64,000 nucleotides of DNA, from the NCBI RefSeq assembly GCF_009834535.1, contig NC_045696.1:24802001-24866000 (forward strand), read 5' to 3'. This DNA comes from Camelus ferus. Lineage: Eukaryota. The position numbers were made by a program, and so were the translations under genes. Shown one piece after another: positions 50,961 to 64,000 of this stretch (positions within the stretch are counted from its first letter, which is position 1; each line of letters starts with the position of its first letter). The notes beneath the pieces were generated by a model, which searched no databases, was not told the DNA's origin, and saw nothing but the letters and a program-made list of their open reading frames with translations.

Positions 50961-52867
50961 TGGAGTGTCCTTCATTCTCCAAGGCACGACCTTATTAATT
51001 GATTTTTAATTTTTCAGCCAACATTTTAAATAAAATGACTGTAAAGATGATTTAAGACATATTAACTGCGTCCCTAGGCTAAGAGGGGAAGACTTAATGT
51101 CTTTGTTTCCAAAGAGTAAATGAATAAATCATTAGGATTTACAATTTATATTCTTCATAATATACTTTTTGAAAGGATGAATACATGCATGCATGGATGT
51201 GGATACAGTAGAGTACTCGAATTAAGTTTATTTACCTAGAAAGTGCTGCCTAATGAATTCTGTGAAAATGTAGGCAGGTTTTAGGTGGACTCCAGAAGGC
51301 ATATGAACTTGAGAAAACAGTCTATACCAAGGAATACTAGAAAGACTATAGTACGTTTTGTTACTGAAGCCAGAATTCTTGAGGATAGCTGCTGGCTTCT
51401 TGTAATAGGATCCAATGTTTTTACTTTGTATCAGGGCCATACTTTGTATACTGTACCAAGGTGAAGAATTAATTCTTGCTGGAGGAAAATGTTTTTAAAA
51501 GATCCTAAAAACAACAAAGAAAATTAAAACAAAAGAGGAAGAAAACTTACTCAGAATTTCAATATTTTGATAAAATAACTGTCAACTGTTAATTTGGTTT
51601 CCTTTCTGATACCATATATCTACATAGGACCTTTAAATCATCCTGTAAATACCATTTAAGTAAAAGGACAATGTTTGGCCTTACTGTGTTTGGCCTTAAG
51701 TGTGATGATAATTCATTTTGAATTGAAAAGGTATGCTTTTACATGGTTACTGGACCAAAGAAATCATCTTTTTTAATGAAAAGGGACACATATTTGGAAT
51801 CCTGATTTCTAACTGAACTCTGACATTACTTAATTTTATGACTTTAAATAAGTAATTCCACTTTTTGGAATTCAAGGTTTATTTGTTGAGTAATGGATTG
51901 GACTAATATAATTACTTCACTTAATAGATGTTTTCTGAGTGCTTACTATGTGCCAGGCACTGTTTCTAATCCTTGGGAGACAAAGGTAAGTATAAGAGTA
52001 AGATATGCCCTCTTGAACCTTACAGCATAATGGGAGAAACAGACTTTTTGAACATCTAAGTTCAAAATTATGTGTCAGTAACTTCTGTAGTCACCTTCAG
52101 TTGGTATATCATGAGTCTACAAGTCTTGTCTCCATTTATTCTTTCTTTCCTCTCTCATTAACATTGTTGTAATAGGTAGGAGGGGGTTGAGAAAATTTGC
52201 ACATTGTAGGCATAAAACAAATATATCTTGATCAAATGTATAGGTCCTTGAAGGTTTGTATTATGTTTAGATCTATTTTAGAGTTCATTTTCCCCATAAA
52301 TCTTCCCATAAATCTTATGCAAACCAAAATATTTTCTCTTTAACTTTCCAACAGATACTGCTTATCTGGGAGCTATAACTTCAGATTTCATTGTAAAATG
52401 TGCAGTGCACATATACGCCATGATAATATTTTCTTGTTGTTTTGAATTTTGCATCATTCTTTGTCTATAGTGTGTATGATTTTGGTATTCTTACCACATC
52501 CTCTTTTCTTTTGGCAGTATATAAGTTTATGGTACATGTACTTCTAGAGTAATTATTTGATGTTATAAGCTCTGAAAGTCAGCTCATGCTGTTAGCTGTT
52601 TGTTCAGAATTTGACCTCAATCTGTATAGTTTTTCTGCTGTAAGCTTACTGTATTTCCTAATTCAAACTGAGTGAATGCATGGTGATAAACCTAGTGATC
52701 CCTTAAAAAGAATTCATTTTATTCTCAGCATTTCCTGGACCATTAATCACATATAAGATTAAATGGGTTAAATGCATGGAACACTGTAAAGAATTAACTT
52801 TTCTTCACTCTTATCAGCAGGTTATACCTCGAACTGCATGAAGACATCAAATAGGAAAATGTTTACA

Positions 52868-52907
<40 letters not shown>

Positions 52908-52922
52908 CTCTATCTCTATATC
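52868..52922. repeat. (CT)n microsatellite
   Basis: Direct reading. Confidence 0.95.
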
Positions 52923-55699
52923 TAGAGTTCCTTTCTCCCCTTCTCTGCTCAGGTGACATTCCCTTTCATAGTTCAGCCCAGACAGCATCTCCTGCAAGGC
53001 TTCCCTGAACTCTGCACTGTAGATTAGCTGGCTTCCCTATATGTGTGATTATACATTTTCCAAGATAGGCCTTTTCCAAGCCCTTCTCACTGTGAAATAC
53101 TACAGGGTAAATAATATTTCAGTGTCTAGAGCAATCTCTGACACCTCTTTAGAGATATCATAAGTCGTTGTTGAAATAATACAGTTCAACTAAATGAATG
53201 TCTCTCATTTGTGTGTCCAGCAACTAAGTTATGTCTGGAAATCAGTAGATGCTTAATAAAAGTTGCATAAGTGAATGAATACATGACGAATGAATGGAGA
53301 AACTTGGGAAATAAACATTAAGGGAGTGTAGTGGATGCTTTTTAAAAATTGACCTCACTTTTGTCTTCATTTTTTCTCTTACCCTAATTTTGTCTTTATT
53401 CTGATTTTCCTAACTATATTTGTCTTAAGTAAATAGAACTTTTTGTGTTGTTTTACTTATATTAGATATTTATTGGAAAGAAATATTTGTAATATTTAAA
53501 AAGACAACTAAGAAAGTGAAAATGATAAATGAGTCTACCAAGCAGAGATAACATTTTGGAGGAAAACCTTTCTAACTTTGATCTATGCTTAAACATAAAA
53601 TATATTTTAGGAAAATAACCTTACTTACATATTGTTTTTTAGCTTGCCGTTTATTGCCTAAAGCCATGTAATGGAGGCTTTCTATACCAGGAAATATTGA
53701 TTTATCTACATCATTAATTTTAATTCACAGTATATATATATATAATTAGACTAATCCCCCACTATTATTTACAATGTTTCCATTTTTTGACTATTATAAA
53801 AATGCTGAGATGAACGTCCTTGCTCATATATCTTTGTGCACATGTGTTAGTATTTCTGTAGGAAAGTTTCTTGGATGTTTAAATGCAGAACCAAAGGGTA
53901 AGATCATTAAACATTTTAACACAGTTTGCTAAATCATATGAAAAGATTGTGCCAAAATACATTCTGACAAAAAATGACTCCCCCTTCTCAATAAACACTA
54001 TTCAGCTACCTACTATAATTACCTGTAAAGTGCTTAGAAGCATGCTTAGTGCATAGGATCCCACCAATTTTATTTCATCATCATCGTCATCCTCATTTTC
54101 ACTTTTATAGTATGATTTATACTGTGTGCATGACTGTAAGATTCTTAAAATCATTTTTTTATATCCAAGGAGACTAAATTATACATAAATATTGTCTTAC
54201 TAAACTACAGGTACTCTCATAATATTTCATGATTCCTCAATATTTTCCCATTTAATAATGGATATTAACAATCCCAACTTTCTTACTATTGGCAGTAAGT
54301 AAAAAAAAAAGAAAAGAAAATGAAATATAATTTTATATTTTGAAACTCTGCCATGTATTGTACTATCTTAAATGCCAAGTTGGTATTTTCAATATGAGCT
54401 CTTTAGAATGGTTAAGATGAAAATAATATGCATGGTTCATATTACAGTGTCACATTAAAAACACAAAGCGAAAGGCAATTTACATTACATGGGAAAGGCT
54501 TACCTTTTAACTTGAGCATAAACTTGTTAAGAAGAATTTCTCTTAGCACAATTACATTCTCTTTCTTTCCACATTCTGAAATGATGTGCTTTCCTTGTAC
54601 CTTTGTTAGAGAAGTACAGTTATTACAGCTAAATGATGAGGAAGGACCTTGGTTATTTGTTGGTCTCCAGTCAAATCAAAGTGGTGGTACCCCTTTAAAA
54701 ATGAAGTCTCACATAAGTTCCCAGAGAGCAGACAGGTCCAAATGATGATGAGATTTCATCAGCATTTAAATTTTTCATGATTTTTAAATGAATATCTCAT
54801 TTAGTTTGTGAATCCTCTGAAACACTTCCCCAGACCTCAGGATAGTTTCTACTGATTGATGCTGTAAATTAAACACCTCTGTTCTTAAAATATCTTTGGA
54901 AATCTACAAATACTTGAATTTCCAAAAGATAAATTTAATTTTTGAACTGTCAATGCACGTACATAGAGAAGAACAATTTCCTATTTTCCTTGCCTATTAA
55001 AGTCCATGGCTGGGAGGAAAATAAGGGAAAAAATAAGTAAGTGTGTGAAAAGAGAAACTGTAATAATTTTAAAATGGTATTTTAAAAACAAAAACATTTT
55101 TATTTTCAAATTGTAAATTTCAAGAGACAGGCTAGCATTTTGAATTTTAAAATAGCCACTGAGTTTGGGTTGCAAAATGACATAAATATAAAAAGGCCAT
55201 ATTTTATACTTGGCAGCTTTATGGATATGGATTTTATTATTGATTTTATGGTGTATAAAGACAACTCAGTTTGTAATCAAAATGAACATAAACCACAACT
55301 TTTCTGACTCTTTTCATTACTAGCATTTTCTAACATTGCATTTGCTTTAGGTTTTCAACAAACATATTCTTCCTGACCACTTCTGAAATCCTGAGGTTAA
55401 GAGGAATAAAGAAAGATATAATTAGACTTTTCTTTCCCTTAAATTCAGCTTGTATAGCTGAATGTTTGTGACTTATTACAGAGTCTGTAACTTAAAAATC
55501 CTTCTTATGACCACAAGCCAAATGGGAGAAGGCAAACTACCTCACCTTTTCAACAAACAGGGAGGAGCGAAAGGCCAGGAATATTCTACATTAAAACCTA
55601 CCCGTCTGTGACAGTCCTGCCAAAGAGAAACTTTAATGAATTTCAGAATTTCTTTTTTTGGTTAATCTGAGTGCTTCTTTTACTTTTATCAGATTCCAA

Positions 55700-55745
55700 A
55701 TGAGAGTATACATTTTTCTCTGTTTGATGTGCTGGGCAAGATCTG
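55700..55745 (+). CDS. LIPI: LIPI (lipase member I) first coding exon, signal peptide; gene continues right of the window
   Basis: ATG AGA GTA TAC...AGA TCT G|GTAAGA = MRVYIFLCLMCWARS, near-identical to the recalled human LIPI N-terminus MRVYIFLCLMCWVRS(D). Phase-1 donor. Head-to-head with RBM11. Absent from the ORF track. Confidence 0.92.
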
Positions 55746-57399
55746 GTAAGAACTAATACTTTAAGTATTTATATTAAAAAATTGTGTTTAATATAATCAA
55801 TATGGTCTGTATTCTGAGATAAAGAATGCTATGACACTATGGTATAAAAAATTACTATGATTATGGGTACCTACTATATCAAACATTATTATGAAGAAAG
55901 TTTGTATGTGTGTTTAGTAAATTGTATGTCCTGTATTTTATTTCACTTTCCAGATAATTAGTATCTAGAAAATCTTCTACAAGGAGTTGTAAATAGAGAA
56001 CAAATACAAATATTCAAGACTAAAAAGCCAGAATAATTCAGTAATAGAGAAATTAATTCAGTATTTGAAATCATGCCTTAATAAACATCTTATTTCAATT
56101 TCATTTGTTCAAATAACCCTGCTTTTGAGGAAAGTTTTTACATAGGTAAATTGTCAATTGCAAAACAAACAATGTAAGCATATACTGCAACTTTCTTTTT
56201 CTTTTGTCCCGTTACGGTAAAGCAAAACAAAAATTAAAACAAATTTGTGATAATAAAGCTGAACTTTATTGTCCTGGTTTACTACTTTATGGTAATAAAG
56301 TAAGACTATTTGTTCTACTTTATGGCAATAAGAAAAGCAGGAACTTTAAAGTTCACAAGGAATAGTTTCCTGTAGAGATTTTGGAAAAGCAGGTCATTTT
56401 CTTTGGTTTAAATTTCTTTTAAAAATTACTGAATGCATACATACTCGAACAATCTTAAAAAATCAGCTAGAAATTCAAATTATTTCTTTTCAATTGGATA
56501 TGTGAGCTAACAATGAATCCTGGAAATGCTTGAGTTTTCATTCAAATACAGTTGAAATGGTACTAATATACAATTTATCATTTAGAACTTACTCAGTTGG
56601 AATTCTCTTGATAGGCATTTTATGTTTCTGTAATGTAGTGGTACCTTAATTTGAAAATCAAAGAAATCTGAAGTCTAGGCCCCTAAATTTTGTGTCATAT
56701 CATAGTTGACATCATTGTACATCATTTTAGTATAGTTTAGATTATATATAAACTTGTGTGGTAGACTTTCTTAGATTATTGTTTTGATTAGTAGTTAGAA
56801 AGTTGCCTACATTTTCAATTGGGAAAACTCAGATATAATTACTAAGTATGCTTCTGACATACTTAATTGACAAAAATAAAATATCAGACCTTTTAGATAT
56901 TAATAACAGTAAATAGAAAATAAGAAAATTAAAGATCTGATGAGTCTTAAAAATCATCCTTAACTATACAAATTCGTATGCTTTCTCTCATTTTGCATGA
57001 ATTCCTACCTGCCTAGGATATTTTATTGAAATTTCAGTAATTTATTTCATATAAGTATCTTTTATTTAGATTTTACATACTCCTCCTTCCCCCACTAGAG
57101 GTTCTGAAATGTACCTTTTGGGGGGCATATCTCACACTCCTCAATATAAAAATCATTGTGATTACATCTGCCTTTGAAAAGGAAAAACACTCTGAAAAAC
57201 TGGGATTAATCAGATGGTTTCAAAATTTTTAAGTAGAATCAAATGGAAGTACAGAGATAGCTGAACAAACTACCGTATATAAAAGTATGTATCTATATGC
57301 ATATATATTCAAATTATATGCATATGTGTTCTTAGTACACTTTCTGATTCATAGTAACAGCTTAAATGGTTGTTGTGGTTGTTACTATTATTATTTTAG

Positions 57400-57760
57400 C
57401 AAGTGTCCGCAAATATTTTTGTAAAGGGCCAGATATGAGATGGACGCACTACCTACTGAGCTAATGAGGCACCTTGTAAAGGGCCAGATACTACATATCT
57501 TAGGCTTTGAGGGCCGTACAGTCTCTGTTGCATCCATTCAACTCTGTTACCATATAGCATGAAAACAGCCACAGACAATTAATACACCAATGAGTGTATC
57601 TGTGTTCTAATTAAAATTTATTAATGGGCACTAAAATTTGAATTTGTTGTAATTTTTAGATGTCACAAAATACTATTATTCTTTTCATCCATTTGAAATG
57701 TAAAAACCATTTTTAGCTTGCTGGTCAGATTTAGCCCACAAGCCAGTTTGCCAACGCCTG
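57400..57760. mobile_element. MER58B-like hAT MITE
   Basis: TGTAAAGGGCCAGATA...TAGGCTTTG...CAACTCTG...CAGCCACAGACAAT...GTTTGCCAACGCCTG. Confidence 0.85.
57436..57473 (-). pseudogene. Tailless retropseudogene of the 5' half of elongator tRNA-Met(CAT)
   Basis: Reverse strand (GGT)GCCTCATTAGCTCAGTAGGTAGTGCGTCCATCTCA versus recalled tRNA-Met GCCTCGTTAGCGCAGTAGGTAGCGCGTCAGTCTCA. Perfect 17-bp TSD TTGTAAAGGGCCAGATA (57419-57435 / 57474-57490). Confidence 0.85.
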
Positions 57761-57894
57761 TGCTCCCTCGAGTGGCCTATAGAAGAGATGTTAAGATAGA
57801 TTAATTCATCTTTCTCATTTCGCAAGTGAAGAAAGTGAAATTCAGAAAAATGGAGTCATTTTTCTAAGATGATAGAACTTACAATATGTGATAC

Positions 57895-58025
57895 AGGACA
57901 CCTGGGAATGGTGTTTAAAAATGCAGATTCTTTTCCATAGGTTGGAGGTGAAACCCAAGATTCTAAAATTCTAATAACCCCCCAGGTGATGCCTATGGGT
58001 ATATGTACCACACTTCGAGTAGTAA
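57895..58025. mobile_element. MER5A-like hAT MITE
   Basis: CACCTGGGAA...TTAAAAATGCAGATTC...CCCCAGGTGATGC...ACCACACTTCGAGTAG. Confidence 0.7.
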
Positions 58026-59136
58026 GAGTACAGAAATTTGTAGAACCTTACTTAGTAGGCTGTTTTTAGGGTAATGATCTTTCCCAAACCCATGGAATCG
58101 TGAGCCTTACTGCTTCAATAAATTCATCATTATTTTTTCCCTAAATTGTTTAAAAATCTTTCTGATCTAACTAGTAATTTATTTCTACTTATTTACTAAC
58201 ATCATATGCCCACAAGCAACTTTATAATTCATTGTACCAAAGTTATTTTAAAATAAGTGTAACATGAAAGAACATGGGATTTGCTATTGAAAGACCCAGA
58301 GTCTAGTCCTGGTGCCTTGTTATCCCACGCCAAGTCACTTAACCTCCCTGAACATCAGTTTCCTGAGTTTTAGATGGAAGTAAAAATTTTAATACCTTCT
58401 AACTGCATCGTGAAGCTCAAAGAAGATAGCGTAAATGAGCAATTTGGGCAATTATAAAGCAATACAATTTAGGTTATAATAATCCATTGTGTTTTCATCC
58501 ATATGCACTTTCTCTGTAATTCTCTCTGATGGATTTCCAAGTGGAGGGCCGTATCTACCTGTGTACACTTATGGTAGACCTGTTCAGGACTACTTATATT
58601 GGAATCCTCTGGGTTATGCATTTAAAAATGCAGTTGTACAAACTAAAACAGGATCTCTGGGGATGGCTCGAGAAACTACTTTTTGAGCAAACTTTCCCAG
58701 TCATTTTTGACACCTATATTTAAAGCCATGCTTGGAAATTTCTGGTCTAAAGACTTATCAGTCACCTACTTTAGTTTGGTTGTGTAGTCAGCTTCATTTT
58801 CAGCAGCTTTCCAAACATTTTTACAGTTGAAAAGTTACTGATTGAGCATCTTGATTTCTTATGAAATGTTAAATAAATGTCTATTTTCTAAATGTGCTTT
58901 GATTGCTTCAGAATCAGAAAATTAAAGATACGGTATTGCTTTCTACCACCAGCCTTCAGGGATTTTAAAGTTTTGCCTACACTTTTGTGTCTCAGCTGGC
59001 TCTATGGCCATGCAAACTTCTGTCTTCAATTTAGTCCATCGTTTTGTATCTGGAATTCTGCTGGCCCCAGGTTTTCATTCTTCTTATTACATGTAATAAA
59101 TAATTGAGCTGGGGAACTTCTGATAGAGTCTCATTT

Positions 59137-59232
59137 ATGTTGCTCAACTGTTTACATAATAACTTGTGCCATAAAGAATCTCATACTTTTAAGATCTCAC
59201 CCAGAAATATTCTGTTGCTTCTAGTTGTGTGA
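59137..59232 (+). pseudogene. Non-coding counterpart of the human alternative LIPI first exon
   Basis: Reads MLLNCLHNNLCHKESHTFKISPRNILLLLVV-TGA, similar to the recalled human long-isoform N-terminus MLLKCLHNNLCQKYSAHAFQFSPRNVLWLLVVCLRS. Lies in LIPI intron 1. Confidence 0.65.
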
Positions 59233-60229
59233 CCTTTGATAGATCATTTAATCTCTTCATACATAAAATGAAAGGAAAGATAGCAAATGCAGAACACTAT
59301 AGTGCCTGCATGGAGTGACTGGTAAATAACCATAAATCATCATTATTATTATTATCATTGATGTCACTGCTATTTCTGTTTTGTTTTCAGAAATGAAAGA
59401 GAAGGAAGGAGGTTTTCATGCAGGCTTTTGGGGATGAATGTGGGTTTCAGAGGATTATCAGGGGAAGAAGGGTTAAATCTTTCCAGGATGTGTTAGGATT
59501 GGTAACTTTTTATGACTGAGTTTTGAGGCCCCTCTGTTATTCACTTGGTCAGTGTTGAAAGTTGCAAGACAAAGTTGCCTCAGCAAGTGTGAACATATGG
59601 GTTTGAAGTCAAAGAGTATTAGAGTAACACAATCACAGGGACTGTTTTTTCAACTCCTTTTGTTTATATATAGAATTTTGCTCAGAGTCGCAAGAGATGT
59701 TTGAGAGAAGCTAGAGGCACCTGGGGCTCAGCTGTCCATGTCCAAGGTGCTGTCCACTCCTCTGGACTCTGTCCATTTTGATCTCCTTGTCCTCTTCTTC
59801 ACAGACATCATAACTGTAATCGGAATATATTTCAGAGATAGAGCTGAACAACCTAGAATCATTATTCCTAACTTCATATGTCTTTCATATTTTTTAAAAA
59901 ATTTACTGCTTTATAATTTGAAACCTAAGATTTTCAGAATTCTTTCTCAATGTATCGCTCTGTTGAGATTACTGCTAGAGTAATTATCTTTCTACACATT
60001 TGACAATGAAGTCCAATTTTGTGCTCCTGCTGTTGAATTTCTAATCACAGTGGAGTTATTTGGTCTAGCCCTGAGAACCTCAGTTTGTTAATTTCCAAAC
60101 AGGCTTAAAAATCAGTATTTATCTTTCTGTTCTAAATATCTTTTTTTGCTGGTAACATTATTTGTTATTTTTTAATTAACTGAAGTCTATTTAAACCATT
60201 CTTTCCTCAATCTAAAACTAACAAATAAA

Positions 60230-61686
60230 TATTTTAGATCTAGAACACTCAGAAATACTAAAATGTAGAAAAGAGAAAACCTACAGAAAAATATAGAGAA
60301 ACAGAAAAAAAATCTACTCTTAATATTACTATTACCACAAACTACAATTAAGGTATCAGTTTATTTCCTACCAGTTCTATTACAATAAATACATGTGTAT
60401 GTGCACAAATGTGTGTGTTTAGAGTGTACTATATATACTATATATTACAGCTAAAATTAGGACTATATGCATATACACATGGACTATATAGATTTCTTAA
60501 TTGCTGTATCATCATGGATACCTCATAATTTATTTTTGTAGGCTTACATTGCCACATAGTTGATTCCTAAATAACTGCCTTTAAAAATCTTGTCACGTAC
60601 ATTGGTGTTAATGGTCATGGGTATGATGATAAAAATGATATGGCAATATAATTTTAATCCATCTTTATTAGATTTTAAGAAGACTGAGCACACTTTGTTA
60701 TGCTTGTGAGCTGTTTTAATATTTAATTTTGTAAAATGTCTGTTCATATTCTCTACTTGGTGTTCAATTGGAATATGAACCCCTTTTCTATTTTATACTG
60801 AAAATATTTCCCTAAGCTTTTTCTCATTTGACTAGTTTATAGCATTTATGTACAGAACTCTTAAATTCATGTGCTGTGGAATCTATTGGTCTCATGCTTT
60901 ATGGTTTCTTCCTTGGTTTTTATGCTAAAAAGCCATTCCTCAACCTGGGATCATGTACATATTAACTATATTCCTCTTCTAGTTCATATAATTATACTTT
61001 TACATGGAACGTTTTTTAAATATAACTAGAATCAAATAATTATCATAATCATTATTTAAAAATCTGTTACTTTTGACTACTCTGAACTGCCTTAGGTATC
61101 ATGGATAATAGAGTGTATTTCTGGGTGTTCCCATTCTGTCTCATTAATCTGTCTATCACTTCTTGACTCAGTTCACAGGCCTCTTTTTACTCAACTTATA
61201 AATATAATTTAAATCATGCCCCCTTATTATCTTTAAAATTTCATTCATTATTCTTGTGCACTTTTCACCTTCCCCAAGACATCTCATCAATCAAGATACA
61301 AGACAGTTCTTGCATCAAAAAATTTGGATTATAGCAATTAGTACCCCCCCCCCCCACTTCTGGCTCCATACAACTCTGATCTGCTTTCTGACACTCTAGA
61401 TTAGATACCCCTTTTCTAGAATTTCATATACATGGAATTCAACAATATATACTTTTTTTTTGTTTCTGGAGTCTTTTACTCAGTATGATGTTTTGAGATT
61501 CATCAAAGTTGTTGCGTGTGTAATCAGCTTATTCCCTTTTACATTTTCTTGATGACTAATGATGCTGAACATCTTTTTGAGCCTCATGATCATTAGACCA
61601 TCTCTTGTGAAGTGTCTTCCAATTCTGTGAATTTTTAAATTGACTTTTCTTATTTTACATATATATGTAGTTAGACACACACGTAC

Positions 61687-61727
<41 letters not shown>

Positions 61728-64000
61728 GCTGGATACAGGTACTTTTTCAGATGTACGTTTTGTAAGACTGCATATTCACATTCTTAACCATGTCCTTTTA
61801 GGAGCAAACATCCTTCATTATGACAGTTTCCAATGTATCACTTTTATGTTTTATGCTTACTGTGTATTATCCAAAAAAATCTTTGCTCACTCAAGATTGC
61901 AAATATTTCCTCTCAATATTTCACACACATAGCCTGTAGCCTGCAAGAGAATGAAGCCAAATCAAAGCAAGCAGAGTTGAGAGAATGAAAGGGAGAAAGA
62001 ATGGGTCTAAATTCTTTTACTCTAGAACTAGTGTAGCCGCATTACAACCAAGTCTAACTCTTCTAGGATCTCTACAAAATGTCCCTGATGTTCATTAAGG
62101 TTTTTCTACACTGGCTAGTCAGAACTTCAGTGTGACCTTTGGAATTGTTGCATTTACAACTCTTTGTAGAGTTTCACCCTAGGCTGGCATAGGTTTGTCT
62201 CCAGCAACAGATTCCAGGGGACCTCTCTGCAGAATTTGGGGCTCTGCCTCTGCATAGCTCCTTCCTTTATGACACTCTGTGATACAAATTCTAGTTGCTT
62301 CTGCTTCCTCCAACTTCAGTCTTTCTCCCCCACTCAGCAAAATCACCATTCTTTGTTGTACTCAACCTTCCTGCACTGAAGTCTGGAAACTGCCTCCAGA
62401 CAGAAAGATATTAGGTGTAGGGTTCAAATCATGTTTCCCTTCCTCAGATATCATAGTCCTGTGCTTCTTGTTGTCCAATGTCTAAACTTTTTTTTTTCAT
62501 ATATTTTATCCAGTGTTCTCATTGTTTACAGAAGTAGAGCAAGTCTGGAATCAGATCTCCATAATAAAAGGAATTGGATTCTGTAAGGTTTTTGTTTGTT
62601 TTGTTTTAATTGTGGTAAAACGTATATTAAAAATTTCCATTTTAAACATTTTTAAGTGTACAGTTCAGTGGCATTAAGTACATTCATACTGTTGTGCAAT
62701 CATCACCACCATCCATCTCCAGAACATTTTCATCTTTGCAAACTGAACGTCTAAACCCCTTAAATTCCCCGTTTTCTACTTCTTCCCAGAACTTGGCAAC
62801 CACTGTTCAACTTTATGTCTCTATACATTTGACTTGTTTAGGTACCTCATATAAGTGGAATAATATAGCATTTGTATTTTTGTGACTGGTTTATTCCACT
62901 TAATATAGTGTTTTCAAAGTTCTTTCATATTGTAGCATGTGTAAGAATTTCCTTCCTTTTAAAGGCTGAATAATATTCCACCATATGTATATACCAGATT
63001 TTGTTCATCCATTCATCTTTTGATGGATATTTGGGTTCCTTCCACTTTTTGAGTAATTTAAAGGCTTTGAACATGTGTGTATAAGAATCTCTTTTTGTCT
63101 CTACTTTAATTTTTTGGGGGGTATATACTCAGAAGTGGGATTTCTGGAATATATGGTAATTCTACTTATAATTTTTTGAGGCCTCACCATACGATTTTTC
63201 ATAGCAGTTGCACCATTTTACATCCCTATCAGCAATGCACAAGAGTCCCAATTTCTCCACATTCTTGCCAACAGTTGCCTTTTTTTTTTAATGGTAGCCA
63301 TCCTAATGGATTTGAAGCATCTCATTTCTTCCTTTGTTTTCAGTTGATTTTTTTGTAATGACACATTTTGATTTCCTACTCTTTGTCTTTTGTGCATATC
63401 CTATAGATTATTTTGTTTGTGGTTATGATGGTAATTACATGTAACATCTAAAGTTATGACAATTTATCTTAAATTGATACTTCACTTCAATAAAGATAAT
63501 AAAGGCTTCAATAAAAACTTAACTTTCATATGAAATACTCTACTCCTTTAAGCTCTGTTTCTCCCAATTTATGTTATTGATGACACAGTTATATCTTTAT
63601 GTACTATATACTCACTAACACAGATTTATAATTTTATGCATTTGTCTTTTAAATCCTGTGGAAAATAAAATTAGAATTACAAATCAAAATTTCAATAATA
63701 CTGGTTTTTATATTTGTTCATAATTCACCTTTACCAGAGAACTTTATATTTTCATAGGACTTCAAGTTATTGTCTAATGTCCTTTCATTTCAACTGGAAG
63801 GGTTCCCATTATTGTTTCATATAAAGCTGTCATAGTGTTAATGAAGTCCCTCAGCTTTTGTTTGTCTGGGGATGTTTTAATTTCTTTCATTTTTGAAGAA
63901 CTGTTCTGCTAGATATAGGATTCTAGGTGGAGCATTTTCCTCTTTAACAATACTAAAATATATCATCTTTCTGTCTTCTGGCCTGCAAAATTTCTGCTGA
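60230..64000 (-). mobile_element. Cluster of old antisense L1 fragments in LIPI intron 1
   Basis: Clear L1M 3' end at 62605-63315 (TTTTTAAGTGTACAGTTCAGTGGCATTAAGTACATTCA, GCTGAATAATATTCCA, CAGCAATGCACAAGAGTCCCAATTTCTCCACATTCTTGCCAACA). Further L1 pieces on both sides. (CA)n at 61688-61722. Internal boundaries unresolved. Confidence 0.8.

Noticed and set aside
54428..54745. 105-aa ORF between RBM11 and LIPI
   Set aside because: No recognisable domain, splice context or similarity. Its length is compatible with chance.

Overview
Mammalian genomic DNA, very probably a camelid (camel/alpaca/llama), judged from three copies of a tRNA-derived SINE of the camelid Vic-1 type. The window matches the LIPI-RBM11-ABCC13 neighbourhood (human 21q11 synteny, recalled). 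It holds a complete 5-exon RBM11 gene on the minus strand (237 aa, all introns GT-AG, frame intact). It also holds the first coding exon of LIPI on the plus strand, head-to-head with RBM11, and the probable first coding exon of ABCC13 in a CpG island near the left end. The rest is mostly transposon-derived: a defective class III ERV-S-like provirus (LTR, tRNA-Ser PBS, gag, pro, RT), several solo LTRs, an ERV1 remnant, L1s, MaLR LTRs, MIRs and DNA transposons. Most ORFs in the supplied track are chance ORFs. I cannot show a wholly new biological system. The best leads are a candidate readthrough pseudoknot after the ERV-S gag UAG, a tailless tRNA-Met 5'-half retrocopy with a 17-bp TSD, an ORF2-less L1 with a 22-bp TSD, a stop-containing counterpart of the human alternative LIPI exon, and a possibly coding ABCC13. 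All comparisons to reference proteins and repeat families are from memory, not from searches.
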